64,000 bases of DNA from Candidatus Bathyarchaeota archaeon (GCA_963826715.1 CAWGYA010000005.1:1-64000), one strand, 5' to 3'. Numbered from the stretch's first letter, positions 20,301-28,714 are shown. The notes: generated from the sequence alone by a model not told the origin. Translations and numbers: made by a program.

Positions 20301-21254
20301 GGAGATATCTCAGGAACCGATACGACAATTCTGGTCACGATGGATGGAAACAAGGATATAACAGCAATTTTCACCGAAAACTCATTGCCTCAGCAATACT
20401 CTCTAAGTGTAAACATAGTCGGTCAAGGCATAGTAACAGTGAATCCTCAGTTAGCCCTTTATGATTCAGGCTCTCAAGTGACTCTAACGACAGTTCCAGC
20501 AAACGGATGGATATTCGCTGGTTGGAGCGGAGACTTAACAGGCAACACTAATCCAACCTCAATAACAATTGACAGCGACAAAACTTTAACCGCAACCTTC
20601 ACACAAACACCCCAAGGCACTATATTCGCTGATGGCTTCGAATCAGGGACTTTCGACGCTTGGACCTCAACTAGCACTGGCAGCTCTGGCTCAGGAGAAA
20701 CATTAAGCATAACTACAAACCCAGTATATTCTGGAACATATGCAGCGACCTTTTCTTCAAACGGCGGAGGAAGCTACGAAAAAGCGTACCTATCAAAAAC
20801 TTTGAACCCTACATTAAGCACGATTGATGTACAGGGCACCTTTAGCTTAACACAAAATGGCATTATAGATAGTTCAGACCGAATTAAGCTTATTGAACTT
20901 AGGGCAGGAAGCACCATTATTGCAGCAGCTGGTATTATACAACGTAGTGGTAGTTTCAGTTGGTGGGTGGAGACAAGAGACGGTACATCTTATGTAGAGA
21001 CTTACTCCACGCAAGCCATGGGTGACCTTTCAACATGGTTCACAATTGAGCTTCAATGGGTCAATGATCCATCAAATGGAGGTGCGACGCTCTGGGTGAA
21101 TGGTTCCCCAGTAATCCAGGTTAGTGGGGACAACACTAGCAACTATGGCAACGCTAGTCAGATTCGGATTGGGCTTGCAGAAGTATACAATTGCAGTGCA
21201 ACTACCGTAATACAGGATAATGTAACGATAGACAACAAAAAAATTGACCCTTAA
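14361..21254 (+). CDS. Giant secreted multidomain protein (FG-GAP/VCBS beta-propeller, 2x LamG, Ig-like, InlB B-repeat-like domains, 2x lectin/lyase-like beta-sandwich)
   Basis: Signal peptide ending ASA; repeated DxDxDG loops; LamG motifs WYHIAFTY/IDEVQIY and WHHVVCTY/MDEVRIY; five GxxFxxW-type repeats; two FADGFES domains. Alternative start ATG 14397. Confidence 0.9.
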   Translation: MRRNLYSRDERKMFYSFNYRNLKSGKAISIIPSLLLMILLITPFIGIISIQPASAAETVLTPKWTRTGLGTNWEGGLVIGDVTGDGQEDIVWGGNDNLVVLNGNTGATVATYAQQRIGQYCQPQLYDIDNDGILEILVPLYYQPGLAAVKYDGDNTLRQLWITNTEGTTGSGSVMAKPVAGDIDGDGKIDIFIGSQDVSPGGYYNDPDTQTGYHYPDGYDGTVCRIDATNGNIIAQTFTWRPCSGGLSLADTDNDGVFELYQGDRGIYYGDGNYGAGERSWWAENLTIRWNRLDALTSSQAPALVDVNGDGILDVITGMYSEMSILNSTNGQWINHLTSTGQELAPRGVMSVHYGVTVYDIDGDGHQELLTNDGDHDDNNATDIYDLVTGQLKAQLPLGNFNSTQPYDNKWAPLVADIYSNGNNADGSPRLEIITGANTTRPPGTTNTACLLIYDNSYNLLQNVTNSLSGQISYPTVQDIDRDGLLELVCGSSIGRVYAYDTSAPAPGYNQAALPGSQRIRSEVTYFGEKRTGAAVYQPAPWAPNYWTTPLVAANYPGTDALKIPQSTTSLSFKLRDHQSIPLTYTVTTSPDIGSTSGSSSGNPYNWGTYTLNFNKPLAYDTTYKYTVTASDGTHSTQRTYNFRTQLAPNTGNSAPTQGNPSLIAQDGLGTTSSTFIATNQSTTDPNVGDKVTNTYLWSINGQQIANLVLPFNTQNEITTKDYSAYSNDGTVIGATWTANGKVGGAYIFDGQNDAIIISDGGAGYYDNKTYSNYNPELGGDGTWTAMSAEAWINLSAYNNGSRIIAKYPSYEIGFESNFNAGQSNRLVASVWPHTGAVSTDDNHASTDRAQTTTANVNLQLNTWYHIAFTYESGVGIKLYLNGVQVAQRTGVTGVLENSLGAPVTIGRLVQPFAGIIDEVQIYPYALSATNINNYYLATKDGLSTSSTFNPSGMVAPGNTLTCTIIPSDSYVDGTSRSTTVTLQNTAPTASGLQISPIRVGNTRLSTETLSAYYTYLDVEGQPESGSQISWYMNGGLQSGLNDQKNVPSATTQIGQTWYFTVTPRDSDGALGTTQTSPTVTIRGNTAPTTTTPILDSANGGAAYSDEDLTTTAGTTTDQDNDATTNIFHWTQNGISQTNLQMPFDTELPTVPNTNGFVKDYSGYNNNGAANGSTWVDDGIIGGALNFNGDDYITVQENGNSLGGDGSWSQISLEFWAQASGATSTQTVVLKPDSTYGPGINSFGVGYRAQYRSYTNGYRIYWIIGSGTTLTSLNVQINEGPGEWHHVVCTYQSGVGLKIYTDGVLRATLAATGNINATPGGQLYIGGVNSGSGDFVGQMDEVRIYPTALSPSQVFQRYSDTSDGISESETIVPQETATNDNWQCQIIPNDSWGDGAGINSQTISIASRNTQPHIDWYSPANKIISSTVGSSLSFQQYSSDPNGDYLSYTWTLDDIQQATTQNFTLTTPAGSHKIEVTVSDGSLSDSQTWTVNVPSNTNYDLTISSSSNGATNPTADLYQYAEGTSISIQAIPDTGYKLDHWILDGANAGDANPYLVTMFSNHEITAIFTQIPESTYYQLSISNSGSGSTQPTGTNSYLEGSTLSVTATAALNWEFNHWTLDGNNVGSTNPLTLTINDNHNLVAVFTENPQYQLSIESQGSGNTNPVGTNMYYEGSIVQVTAIADANSKLDHWLLNGNDVGGSNPYTITINADNQLVAVFVPMAINPPVFADGFESSSFSAWSSTTRTTSEITTVLTSPVHSGNYAALFTSNGDGGYERAYASRSGLSIDEFYTQAYVYVGQNGIVDNGDRFYFMQMMAGGNILAYGGWRQDSSGNLHWHLMIRDGTNTVGVYSTNVPTTGVWYLVELHWKADATSGLGELYVNGELVASITDRNTANYGSATTARIGLPEIYNCEATNLYVDDVTIGTQTSDTPLQYLLSVNTVGSGSVIMNPNQANYASGSVVQLTALPVAGWTFNSWSGDISGTDTTILVTMDGNKDITAIFTENSLPQQYSLSVNIVGQGIVTVNPQLALYDSGSQVTLTTVPANGWIFAGWSGDLTGNTNPTSITIDSDKTLTATFTQTPQGTIFADGFESGTFDAWTSTSTGSSGSGETLSITTNPVYSGTYAATFSSNGGGSYEKAYLSKTLNPTLSTIDVQGTFSLTQNGIIDSSDRIKLIELRAGSTIIAAAGIIQRSGSFSWWVETRDGTSYVETYSTQAMGDLSTWFTIELQWVNDPSNGGATLWVNGSPVIQVSGDNTSNYGNASQIRIGLAEVYNCSATTVIQDNVTIDNKKIDP

Positions 21255-21287
21255 TTTGACCTGCCTAACTACAATTAAGAGATTAAC

Positions 21288-21312
21288 ATCTCTCCCTTCA
21301 CTTTTTATTTAA
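21288..21312 (+). terminator. U-rich terminator after the giant gene
   Basis: tctcccttcactttttattt about 35 nt after the stop codon. Confidence 0.4.
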
Positions 21313-21417
21313 ATTTTAATTTAAGACTGCCATCGGAAACACGCAATATTACTAAATCGGAACTATTAGATATATTCAGGCAAGATCTCCAAATAGTCTG
21401 CATTAAAAGGTATCTCA

Positions 21418-23403
21418 ATGATAGCTAAAATCGTAGCTTTTACTCTTGCTATTTTGCTTACTTATTCAATGATTCTTTTTGTTCCAGCCGAAATAAACCA
21501 ATTAAACGACACGGCATTTGGTGACATCACTATCTTGGACGTTCCTGACTTGGTTCAAGCATTAAGAACCGCTCAAGCGGAGGGGGTGGAGATGTGCGTT
21601 CATGGCTGGCGGCACGAACACTTCGACGCAATTTCAGCCTCTAATGCTTCAAATCTTGTTAAGGACGGTGTGCAGATTTTCAATAAGGCTGGTCTATCAC
21701 CGGTTGCATTTTTATCGCCCTACCAAAGCTTCGACACACTTCCCATTTCTGTTAGGACATCCATTACTTCCACAGGTATTGCAACAAGTTTACCTGTTCT
21801 AAGCACAAATGGATCACGGGTTGGAGATTATGGTTGGATGTGGCGTACAATGAAAAGCTTCGACGATTCTCGATACGATAAAACCCTTGAAATTATGCTT
21901 AGAAATCAACCAACCACGATTACAACCCATGTAGAAGACTGGAATATCTATCTAAAAACTCTATTTGCAGAATACCTCCAAAAAACTCAACTCACCAATA
22001 TCACACTTAGAATTGATGATATTGAAGTTAACACACCCACAGCTATAATCTACGATATGGCTGATATGTACAAATATAATTCACTAGGACAAATAGCATA
22101 CGCTGTAATCCCCTCAGGAACTTGGCGCGGAGGGGACCCAGCGATCCTTGATTTTAGCGTTAACGATATTTTTCATAGCTACTGGCTGATTTATCTTCTA
22201 ACCGCATTGTTCCCATTTGCCACTTTGTTTTTCTGGCGCGGTATGTCTCCAAAAAGAAGAAATAAAAAAAACCCTCCAAACTCATCTTGCAATAATGAAA
22301 ATTCCGGCGCCCCGACTGCCCCTGATTTCCCCCTAAACTCTACAATTCAACCCAAAACAAAGATCTCAATTATAGTTCCAGCATACAACGAAGAGAAAAA
22401 CATAGCCAAATGCATAGAAGCCATGCTAAAACAGACATCTAGCCACCAAATCGAGATAATACTTGTGAATGATGGATCAACCGACAAAACAAGAGATATT
22501 GCCTCAAAATATCCAATAAAAGTGATAAATCACAACCCCAATAAAGGAAAAGCTACCGCACTTAACACCGGCATAGAAAACTCTACAGGAGACATACTTA
22601 TTTTCTCTGATTCAGACTCCGAAATCGAGGCAAACGCATTAAATTCAATTATTGAACACTTTGAATCCAATCCAGATGTTCAAGCTATCGCAGGAAACGT
22701 TCTAATAAACAAAAAAACCGGAAAAAGAAGTCTTCTGCGGAGTTTTCAAGAAATCGAATACTTCATGGAACAAGAAATTACTCGATACCTTCAGAGTACA
22801 TCCGGAAAAGTGCTAGTATGTCCAGGTCCACTATTAGCAGTAAGAAGAGAAGTTGCTGAAAAAATAAAATTCAGAGACACCACAGTCATTGAAGACGCCG
22901 ATTTCACTGTTAACCTTCTCAAAGAGCACTTAAAAGTAGTCCAACTTACCGAAGCAAAAGTCTATACCAACCCACCAGACTCACTCAGTAGTTGGATGCG
23001 GCAAAGAACAAGATGGTGGTATGGTAATCTTCAGCTCTGGAGAGTTCACCATAAATGGGCGCAAGGTAATAGTTGGATGATATTAAACTACCTCAGTTTT
23101 CCACTGAGTGCTCTTTCGATCGGGCTTCTTGTTCTACTTCCCTTTTTACTTGTAACCTATGACAATATCAATTTGGTAATGCTGCGAGCAATACTTTGGG
23201 TAGTTACTCCATGGCTAATATTCATGGTATTCACAATACCGCTTTTTATAAAGCAAAGAAAAAGGCTTATACTGCTACTTTTGCCATATTATTTGATTTA
23301 TGGAACAATGAAAGTGCTCCTACTATCCTACCTATACCTTAGATATTTACTAGGAATAGGAATACGAGTCAAGTTTGGACCACGAGATCTTAAGGTGAAA
23401 TGA
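21418..23403 (+). CDS. Fusion of a DUF2334/NodB-type deacetylase domain and a processive GT2 polysaccharide synthase
   Basis: CVHGWRHE and LRIDDI in the N-terminal part between two TM helices; PAYNEE, DGSTD, GKA, DSD, IEDAD, RQRTRW plus C-terminal TMs. Confidence 0.9.
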   Translation: MIAKIVAFTLAILLTYSMILFVPAEINQLNDTAFGDITILDVPDLVQALRTAQAEGVEMCVHGWRHEHFDAISASNASNLVKDGVQIFNKAGLSPVAFLSPYQSFDTLPISVRTSITSTGIATSLPVLSTNGSRVGDYGWMWRTMKSFDDSRYDKTLEIMLRNQPTTITTHVEDWNIYLKTLFAEYLQKTQLTNITLRIDDIEVNTPTAIIYDMADMYKYNSLGQIAYAVIPSGTWRGGDPAILDFSVNDIFHSYWLIYLLTALFPFATLFFWRGMSPKRRNKKNPPNSSCNNENSGAPTAPDFPLNSTIQPKTKISIIVPAYNEEKNIAKCIEAMLKQTSSHQIEIILVNDGSTDKTRDIASKYPIKVINHNPNKGKATALNTGIENSTGDILIFSDSDSEIEANALNSIIEHFESNPDVQAIAGNVLINKKTGKRSLLRSFQEIEYFMEQEITRYLQSTSGKVLVCPGPLLAVRREVAEKIKFRDTTVIEDADFTVNLLKEHLKVVQLTEAKVYTNPPDSLSSWMRQRTRWWYGNLQLWRVHHKWAQGNSWMILNYLSFPLSALSIGLLVLLPFLLVTYDNINLVMLRAILWVVTPWLIFMVFTIPLFIKQRKRLILLLLPYYLIYGTMKVLLLSYLYLRYLLGIGIRVKFGPRDLKVK

Positions 23404-25088
23404 TGATGAAACAAACAGCTACCATTTTTTTGATAGTTCTGCTTTCCATACCAATTCTGACATTCTCAAATGTTCAAGCAAATAGTGAACAGTTTACCCT
23501 CCTTCATGGAGTGTGGAATAATTTCGACTTTACTAAACCAGCTCAGGACTGGGCTAACGCGGCCCATAATTATGAAGGGGAAAACAAAGGAATAGTTGAT
23601 ATAGTTGTGGCACAGGCGAGCAAAGAGGGCCTTGTTATGCTTCCTTTTCCATTTCAAGATAGCGGATACGGATTGACAAGCTACAGTGAAGTGGATCTAT
23701 TGGAACCCTATCTCACCGAGTTTGATTCGGATAACATCAGCGTATTACTTTCAATTCAACCCCTGAACTCAGATGTTACCCAACTAATAGACATTTTACT
23801 TGAAAGATATGGACATCACAGTTGCCTCATTGGAATAAATGTTGACATGGAATGGAAAATGACTGGAAATCCTTATCACGTTAACGATAATGAAAGAGAC
23901 AAATGGCTTACCGAAATAGCACACCAAAATTCTAACCTTAAATTGGTTTTAACTTACTTTAAAGACTACAGATATTTCCCAAATGACAAAGCCAACTTAG
24001 TTGTTCTCTTCGACGGAACGGGAGACTCGCAGAGCGTCCTTCTCAACTTATACTCAGAACTTGCTGAACACTTCAGTTCAGTTGGTATATACACTGGGTA
24101 TTCCCTAAGCTCTCCGCCAACAGCATCCGACCAGAGAATAATAGATGCCGTTCCAAAGACCAATTACATAATTCACACAGAAGATGTATTCTCAGAAAAA
24201 ACTACGCTAATTTTTGAAATGGACGACATTGAAGCTGGCTGGAACATTTACACCGCCATGTCCCTTGCAGACCTTCACTTGAAGAAAAATATGCCCCTGC
24301 TTTGTGGAGTTGCCCCAGCAGGTCTGGATGATACTTCAGCACCTCAATATCTACCATCTTACCTCAAAGATCTGAATAATAATTACTTTGATACTTTCGA
24401 AATCGCCCAGCTTGGATATGGCAATAACGATTCCGAAGCATTGCAGGGCAAGAGCTACGAGGAACAGAAAACAATAATTGAAAATGGGCTTAGAGTTTTA
24501 AACCAACTTGGGATTCAACCTAAAACTTTTATTCCTCCAGTTGGATCGGCTGACAGGACTACTCTTCAAATAGCTGAGGAACTTGGATTCCAAAGTTTTG
24601 TAGACTTATATGAAAACATGACCTCCGATAATCTCTTGGTGCTTAGCTCTTACGTGTCACTTATGGACCCAACATCCCACATTTTAAAGCAGCCAGAACA
24701 GTTGATGGCGGATATTGACAATATGACAAATCAGAATCCAATAATTATCCAGTATCAAGTTGCAGATTTTGCCAATAACACAAAAACGAGACTTAACAGG
24801 CTATCTACGATAATAGATACTTTGCGAAGCAGCGAAAAATACCTTTTCATGACAGCCGACCAATACTTGGAGAGTGTTAATGCTCATTATACTCCAATTC
24901 CTATCGAATCAACCCCTACTTTTCTCCCTTGGGCGTTATATGTGGGGGTCATCTCAATAGCGTTAACAATTATTTTAACTGTGTCACTAACATTTAGAAA
25001 GCGGAGATCCAAACGAGAATCGAACCAACAACGGCCTAAGCAAAAATTTTTGCCCCCTTTCGTTTATAAATTGTTGGATTTCGTATGA
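23400..25088 (+). CDS. Secreted, C-terminally anchored protein: putative glycoside-hydrolase-like barrel plus DUF2334-like domain
   Basis: Signal peptide; IGINVDMEW; FEMDDI...EIAQLG...PKTFIPP; TM plus RKRR tail; overlaps the upstream stop (ATGA). Confidence 0.8.
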   Translation: MMMKQTATIFLIVLLSIPILTFSNVQANSEQFTLLHGVWNNFDFTKPAQDWANAAHNYEGENKGIVDIVVAQASKEGLVMLPFPFQDSGYGLTSYSEVDLLEPYLTEFDSDNISVLLSIQPLNSDVTQLIDILLERYGHHSCLIGINVDMEWKMTGNPYHVNDNERDKWLTEIAHQNSNLKLVLTYFKDYRYFPNDKANLVVLFDGTGDSQSVLLNLYSELAEHFSSVGIYTGYSLSSPPTASDQRIIDAVPKTNYIIHTEDVFSEKTTLIFEMDDIEAGWNIYTAMSLADLHLKKNMPLLCGVAPAGLDDTSAPQYLPSYLKDLNNNYFDTFEIAQLGYGNNDSEALQGKSYEEQKTIIENGLRVLNQLGIQPKTFIPPVGSADRTTLQIAEELGFQSFVDLYENMTSDNLLVLSSYVSLMDPTSHILKQPEQLMADIDNMTNQNPIIIQYQVADFANNTKTRLNRLSTIIDTLRSSEKYLFMTADQYLESVNAHYTPIPIESTPTFLPWALYVGVISIALTIILTVSLTFRKRRSKRESNQQRPKQKFLPPFVYKLLDFV

Positions 25089-25327
25089 TAAGGGACCAAT
25101 ACTTGTCTTATAATATTGCTATTAAAAACGGCGAAGCAGTGCTATACCTTATTTTTTCTCCTAACACTCACGATATTCAATATAATCTTCAATTAATGCA
25201 ATATTTTTTCGAAATGATTTAACTAAACTTCGATAGGGCATCTACTCCTTATTTAAGTTGTTAGCAAAACCAAATTTGCCAACCATTTCTAACTTTAAAT
25301 TTCCCAAAAGAGATTTACGATAAAATT

Positions 25328-25362
25328 AAAAATTCAGATTTGTTCCTTAATTCTGAATTTTT
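25328..25362. repeat. 11-bp inverted repeat between convergent genes (possible terminator)
   Basis: aaaaattcaga 25328-25338 / tctgaattttt 25352-25362. Confidence 0.45.
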
Positions 25363-25518
25363 GTTTTTATCAGTGAGAGTTTTAAGTAGTGTTTTCAAAA
25401 TTAGCAACTTTGGTCTTGATAAAATTAATTGTTGGGCTACCAAAACGCAATGAAATGGATTACAAGATTTAACCTTTTCCAAAAATTAAAAGGAAAGGGG
25501 TTAGAAAGTGTTAAGCAT

Positions 25519-26721
25519 CTACTTTTTTCGCTTTATAATAATGACGCTAAATAACACTGCTGCAATGGCGATTATGGCAATTAGGGTCAATGGACTCAGC
25601 CAACTAAAAGCGGTTTGCGATTCGTTTGCTGTTGGATTTGGTGTTGCTGTAGGCTCTGAAACTGCTGGAGTTGTAGTTGGATTAGTTGATGGGGTAATCG
25701 GTGTTTGTGTGGCGGAGGGAGCGGGTGTGGGTGTAAAAATGAACCTTACAGTTGGTTGAGGTGTTGGCTTAGGTGCTTGAGGTATTTGGATGAATTCAGG
25801 TGTTATATTTGTGTTGACTGGCGAATTCAAGGGTTGCGCATCGTAAACTGACGGTAGTATATTCTCCCAATAGTTACCTGAGCAATTGTTGTTGCCTTGT
25901 GATATCAATCCATTATTGTAGAAATTGTTGAGTTTGACAATGTTGTTGTCGCCTTCTATTGCAGTTCCATTCCATTTGTTATCAATAAAATTGTTATAGC
26001 TAACAATATTATTGCTTGCATTGTCATTTACATTGACTGCTATGTAGGCTCCAGTATCGAAGTCTGTAAAGGTGTTTCCTTTAATCTTGTTATCGCTGCA
26101 GTTTCCATTAATTTGAATTCCATTACCGTTAACTCTATACGCATCTCCAGAGTCCATGTTATTTAGCATTATGTTGTTTTGTTTAGCATTAATCAACTGT
26201 ATTGCATCATCAGCGTTAGATGTGAGGTCATTCCAGAATACCATGTTATTTGAGGACCAGGCTATTTTTATTCCGTCCACTGCATTTTCGATTATTGTAT
26301 TGTTTAAAATTCTACAATAGTATGCATTAACTAATGTGATACCATTCACGCAGTCTTGAATTCTCACGTCTTGTACGGTTACGTTCCAAGCTTTAGTCAA
26401 GTTGAAGCCGGCTTCCAAGTATAACTCACTATCATCCAAGTTGTAGGTGCCTTTTACTGCATTACCTGTGAGGGTGTATCCGGCACCGTCAAAAACTGCG
26501 CTATCTCTTTGGATAGTTATCGTCCCGGTGATATTTTGAGTGAGAACATAATTGTTGCCAACATGTGTTATGGCTCCATTATTAGGTTCGACTGATCCGT
26601 CTGCTTTTATAGTATAATTTATGAATTCAGTACCTTGTGCATTTACGGTCAACAATGAAATTGAAATCATTGAGATCATAAAAAGCCCAATAATAGTATA
26701 GCAGTATAACTTATTTCTCAA
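25519..26721 (-). CDS. Cell-surface right-handed beta-helix (NosD/pectin-lyase-like) protein with Pro/Thr linker and C-terminal anchor
   Basis: IKADGSVEP, DGAGYTL, Asn-rich NN(T/I)I repeats, GNYW, PT-rich linker, TM plus KRKK. Confidence 0.88.
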   Translation of the reverse strand: MRNKLYCYTIIGLFMISMISISLLTVNAQGTEFINYTIKADGSVEPNNGAITHVGNNYVLTQNITGTITIQRDSAVFDGAGYTLTGNAVKGTYNLDDSELYLEAGFNLTKAWNVTVQDVRIQDCVNGITLVNAYYCRILNNTIIENAVDGIKIAWSSNNMVFWNDLTSNADDAIQLINAKQNNIMLNNMDSGDAYRVNGNGIQINGNCSDNKIKGNTFTDFDTGAYIAVNVNDNASNNIVSYNNFIDNKWNGTAIEGDNNIVKLNNFYNNGLISQGNNNCSGNYWENILPSVYDAQPLNSPVNTNITPEFIQIPQAPKPTPQPTVRFIFTPTPAPSATQTPITPSTNPTTTPAVSEPTATPNPTANESQTAFSWLSPLTLIAIIAIAAVLFSVIIIKRKK

Positions 26722-27063
26722 ATCTCATTTCTCCATTTTTAACATATCAGATAACAGTTCTGCAAACCATGCTTTTATATCTTATTCAACTGAAATTCAT
26801 TGAATACTCAATCTATACTGTTTAAACAAAAGTTTTCGCTCAATTGAGTTTTTAGTCTCAAGTAAAAGCTGCTCTCTATCTGTTTTCATTTTCCACTTCA
26901 ATCAAATAATTATTTAATTTTGTTCGCTTTTGTCCATCACTCCCTATATTACAAAAAAAAGTGAGGCACATTAGAGAACACATACCTTATTTAAAAAAAC
27001 TAACTTCTTGCAAACTCACCTGAAATTCATATAGCATCAATATTCCACCTATTAGGGCAGAGA

Positions 27064-27179
27064 TTTTTTGCTCTTCCTGTCCTTCTGTTCTCTTTACTAA
27101 CTAAAGAAGTACCCTTGAAATGGGATTGATTATAAAAGAAAACGAAGAAGAAATCCTTGAATTAAAAAAGCTGACGTAG
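27064..27179 (+). pseudogene. Remnant paralog of the 3655-3879 small membrane protein
   Basis: FFALPVLLFSLLTKE, then a frame change to LEMGLIIKENEEEILELKKLT*; nucleotide similarity to about 3814-3855. Confidence 0.6.
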
Positions 27180-27448
27180 CACTGAAAGTCGGAGAGAGCC
27201 TGCTTGAGTATCGAAAAACTTCTAAATGTTCCCGACCAAGCTAGAGCAAAGGTCCCAAAACGGCGCCCAGTTCTTATTGCGGGGCTTAAAGAAGGACCAA
27301 TCGCGAACTTTTAATAAAACTCTTATCAAGCAATTACTACGTTTAATTTTAATTTAGTAACTAAAACTTTGGGATTTAAATTTACCCTGTTATAGTTCCT
27401 CAAAGCAATAATCAAGGATTAGTTTATCCTTCAATTGATTGCGATAAT

Positions 27449-27535
27449 TGTTATGGTTAGGGGCTGGATTAGGAAGAGAGAGGTATCCACACGTTTAAGT
27501 GGATGGAGAATGTTTCACAGCCCCTAACCAAAACA
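27449..27535. repeat. Nested stem-loop (candidate structured RNA or MITE-like unit)
   Basis: Perfect 13-bp IR tggttaggggctg 27454-27466 / cagcccctaacca 27518-27530, with inner stem atccac 27485-27490 / gtggat 27499-27504. Confidence 0.65.
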
Positions 27536-27618
27536 TTAGTTGAAATAATTTATTATTAAGGCAAGTTCCCAAGAACGGAATATGACGTGAATGGATACGG
27601 TTTTGCTTTTTCTAGTTA

Positions 27619-27891
27619 TTATTTTTCCTTCTTTAATCTTCGAAGGGTATACCGCCCTTTCATGCTTCTTGATAGCTCCCAAAGACAATTTTGTGCATCC
27701 ATGAATGCAATACATTCTCCTTTTTTAAGATCGATTACAAGGAGCTTATCGTTATCAAACAACTCCTTTTTTGAACCCTCAAATCCTAACAAAGACTTGA
27801 TTGCTAGTCCAACTTTCCCTTCGAGATCTTTGACTCTGACTGGCGATTTAATATTAACCAACTTTTTGTCTCCTATAAAATATTTTATCAC
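27619..27891 (-). CDS. Hypothetical protein
   Basis: 90-aa basic ORF co-oriented with neighbours. Confidence 0.55.
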   Translation of the reverse strand: MIKYFIGDKKLVNIKSPVRVKDLEGKVGLAIKSLLGFEGSKKELFDNDKLLVIDLKKGECIAFMDAQNCLWELSRSMKGRYTLRRLKKEK

Positions 27892-27928
27892 TCAGTAACA
27901 TACGCAATTAATGCCAAAGGCTTGCTTA

Positions 27929-28114
27929 TCATCTTAATGCAGCCAACAGAGCATCCGTTGTCCGCGGTAAAATAACATTACATGTAAAACTGCCCAGGCA
28001 TATTTTTAATAACAGTTCACTTGTGGAATATTTGCTAGCTATAAAACAAAAATAACCGGAACTCAATTGATTATGAACAAAAATTTCCGAGCAGGAAATT
28101 GTCTGTTTTTCCAT
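27929..28114 (-). CDS. Hypothetical small protein
   Basis: 61-aa ORF in a co-oriented run; no motif. Confidence 0.3.
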   Translation of the reverse strand: MEKQTISCSEIFVHNQLSSGYFCFIASKYSTSELLLKICLGSFTCNVILPRTTDALLAALR

Positions 28115-28163
28115 GTAAAAGCTTTTTGCCCGCCACTATTTTGCATGCAAAAAATGTTCAATT

Positions 28164-28388
28164 TCAGTTGTGGTGCAGGTTCTTTAGGTCCTTTTTCGTA
28201 ACCAAAATAATGTTTAGAATCTCTTGAGTGGATGACTCTGAATAGGTAATATCCACTTCAAACTTTTGATCTAAACGAGATGCTATTTTCCCGTTAAACT
28301 TTGATGGGATCTCCAAAACATAGCGAATGTAGATATGGTCTTTGCCTTTATAGTGGCGCTTTAACATTCGTTTAAGGAACTTTCCCAA
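28164..28388 (-). CDS. Small basic AbrB/SpoVT-like DNA-binding protein
   Basis: KRHYKGK...RYVLEIPSKF pattern typical of swapped-hairpin-like proteins. Confidence 0.6.
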   Translation of the reverse strand: MGKFLKRMLKRHYKGKDHIYIRYVLEIPSKFNGKIASRLDQKFEVDITYSESSTQEILNIILVTKKDLKNLHHN

Positions 28389-28411
28389 ATCTCAAACCCG
28401 AAAACAGTAGG

Positions 28412-28714
28412 TTAGGAAGCATGTTGAAGTGCGCGAAGCAGTTCATTGACTTGCTGTTTCCCTTTGTCAGTAATTTGTACGAGCGGTTCCTCATCTACAG
28501 AAGGGTTATAAACTATTTTTAAAAAACCCAACCGTTGAAAAGCTGCCCGAAGAGAAGTAACATCAATTGTTGCATCTTCGAATGTTGTTTTAATATGCGA
28601 TAGTTTAACGCCGCGGTCAAATGGTTGGTTATCTTCTTTTTTTATTTCCATAGCTTGGGAATCTAAACTGGTTTTCATAGTTTCTCCCGACTTAGGCTGT
28701 TGTTTATTTTGCAT
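28412..28714 (-). CDS. Hypothetical protein with winged-helix-like C-terminus
   Basis: LRAAFQRLGFL...VQITDKGKQQV wing motif. Confidence 0.55.
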   Translation of the reverse strand: MQNKQQPKSGETMKTSLDSQAMEIKKEDNQPFDRGVKLSHIKTTFEDATIDVTSLRAAFQRLGFLKIVYNPSVDEEPLVQITDKGKQQVNELLRALQHAS

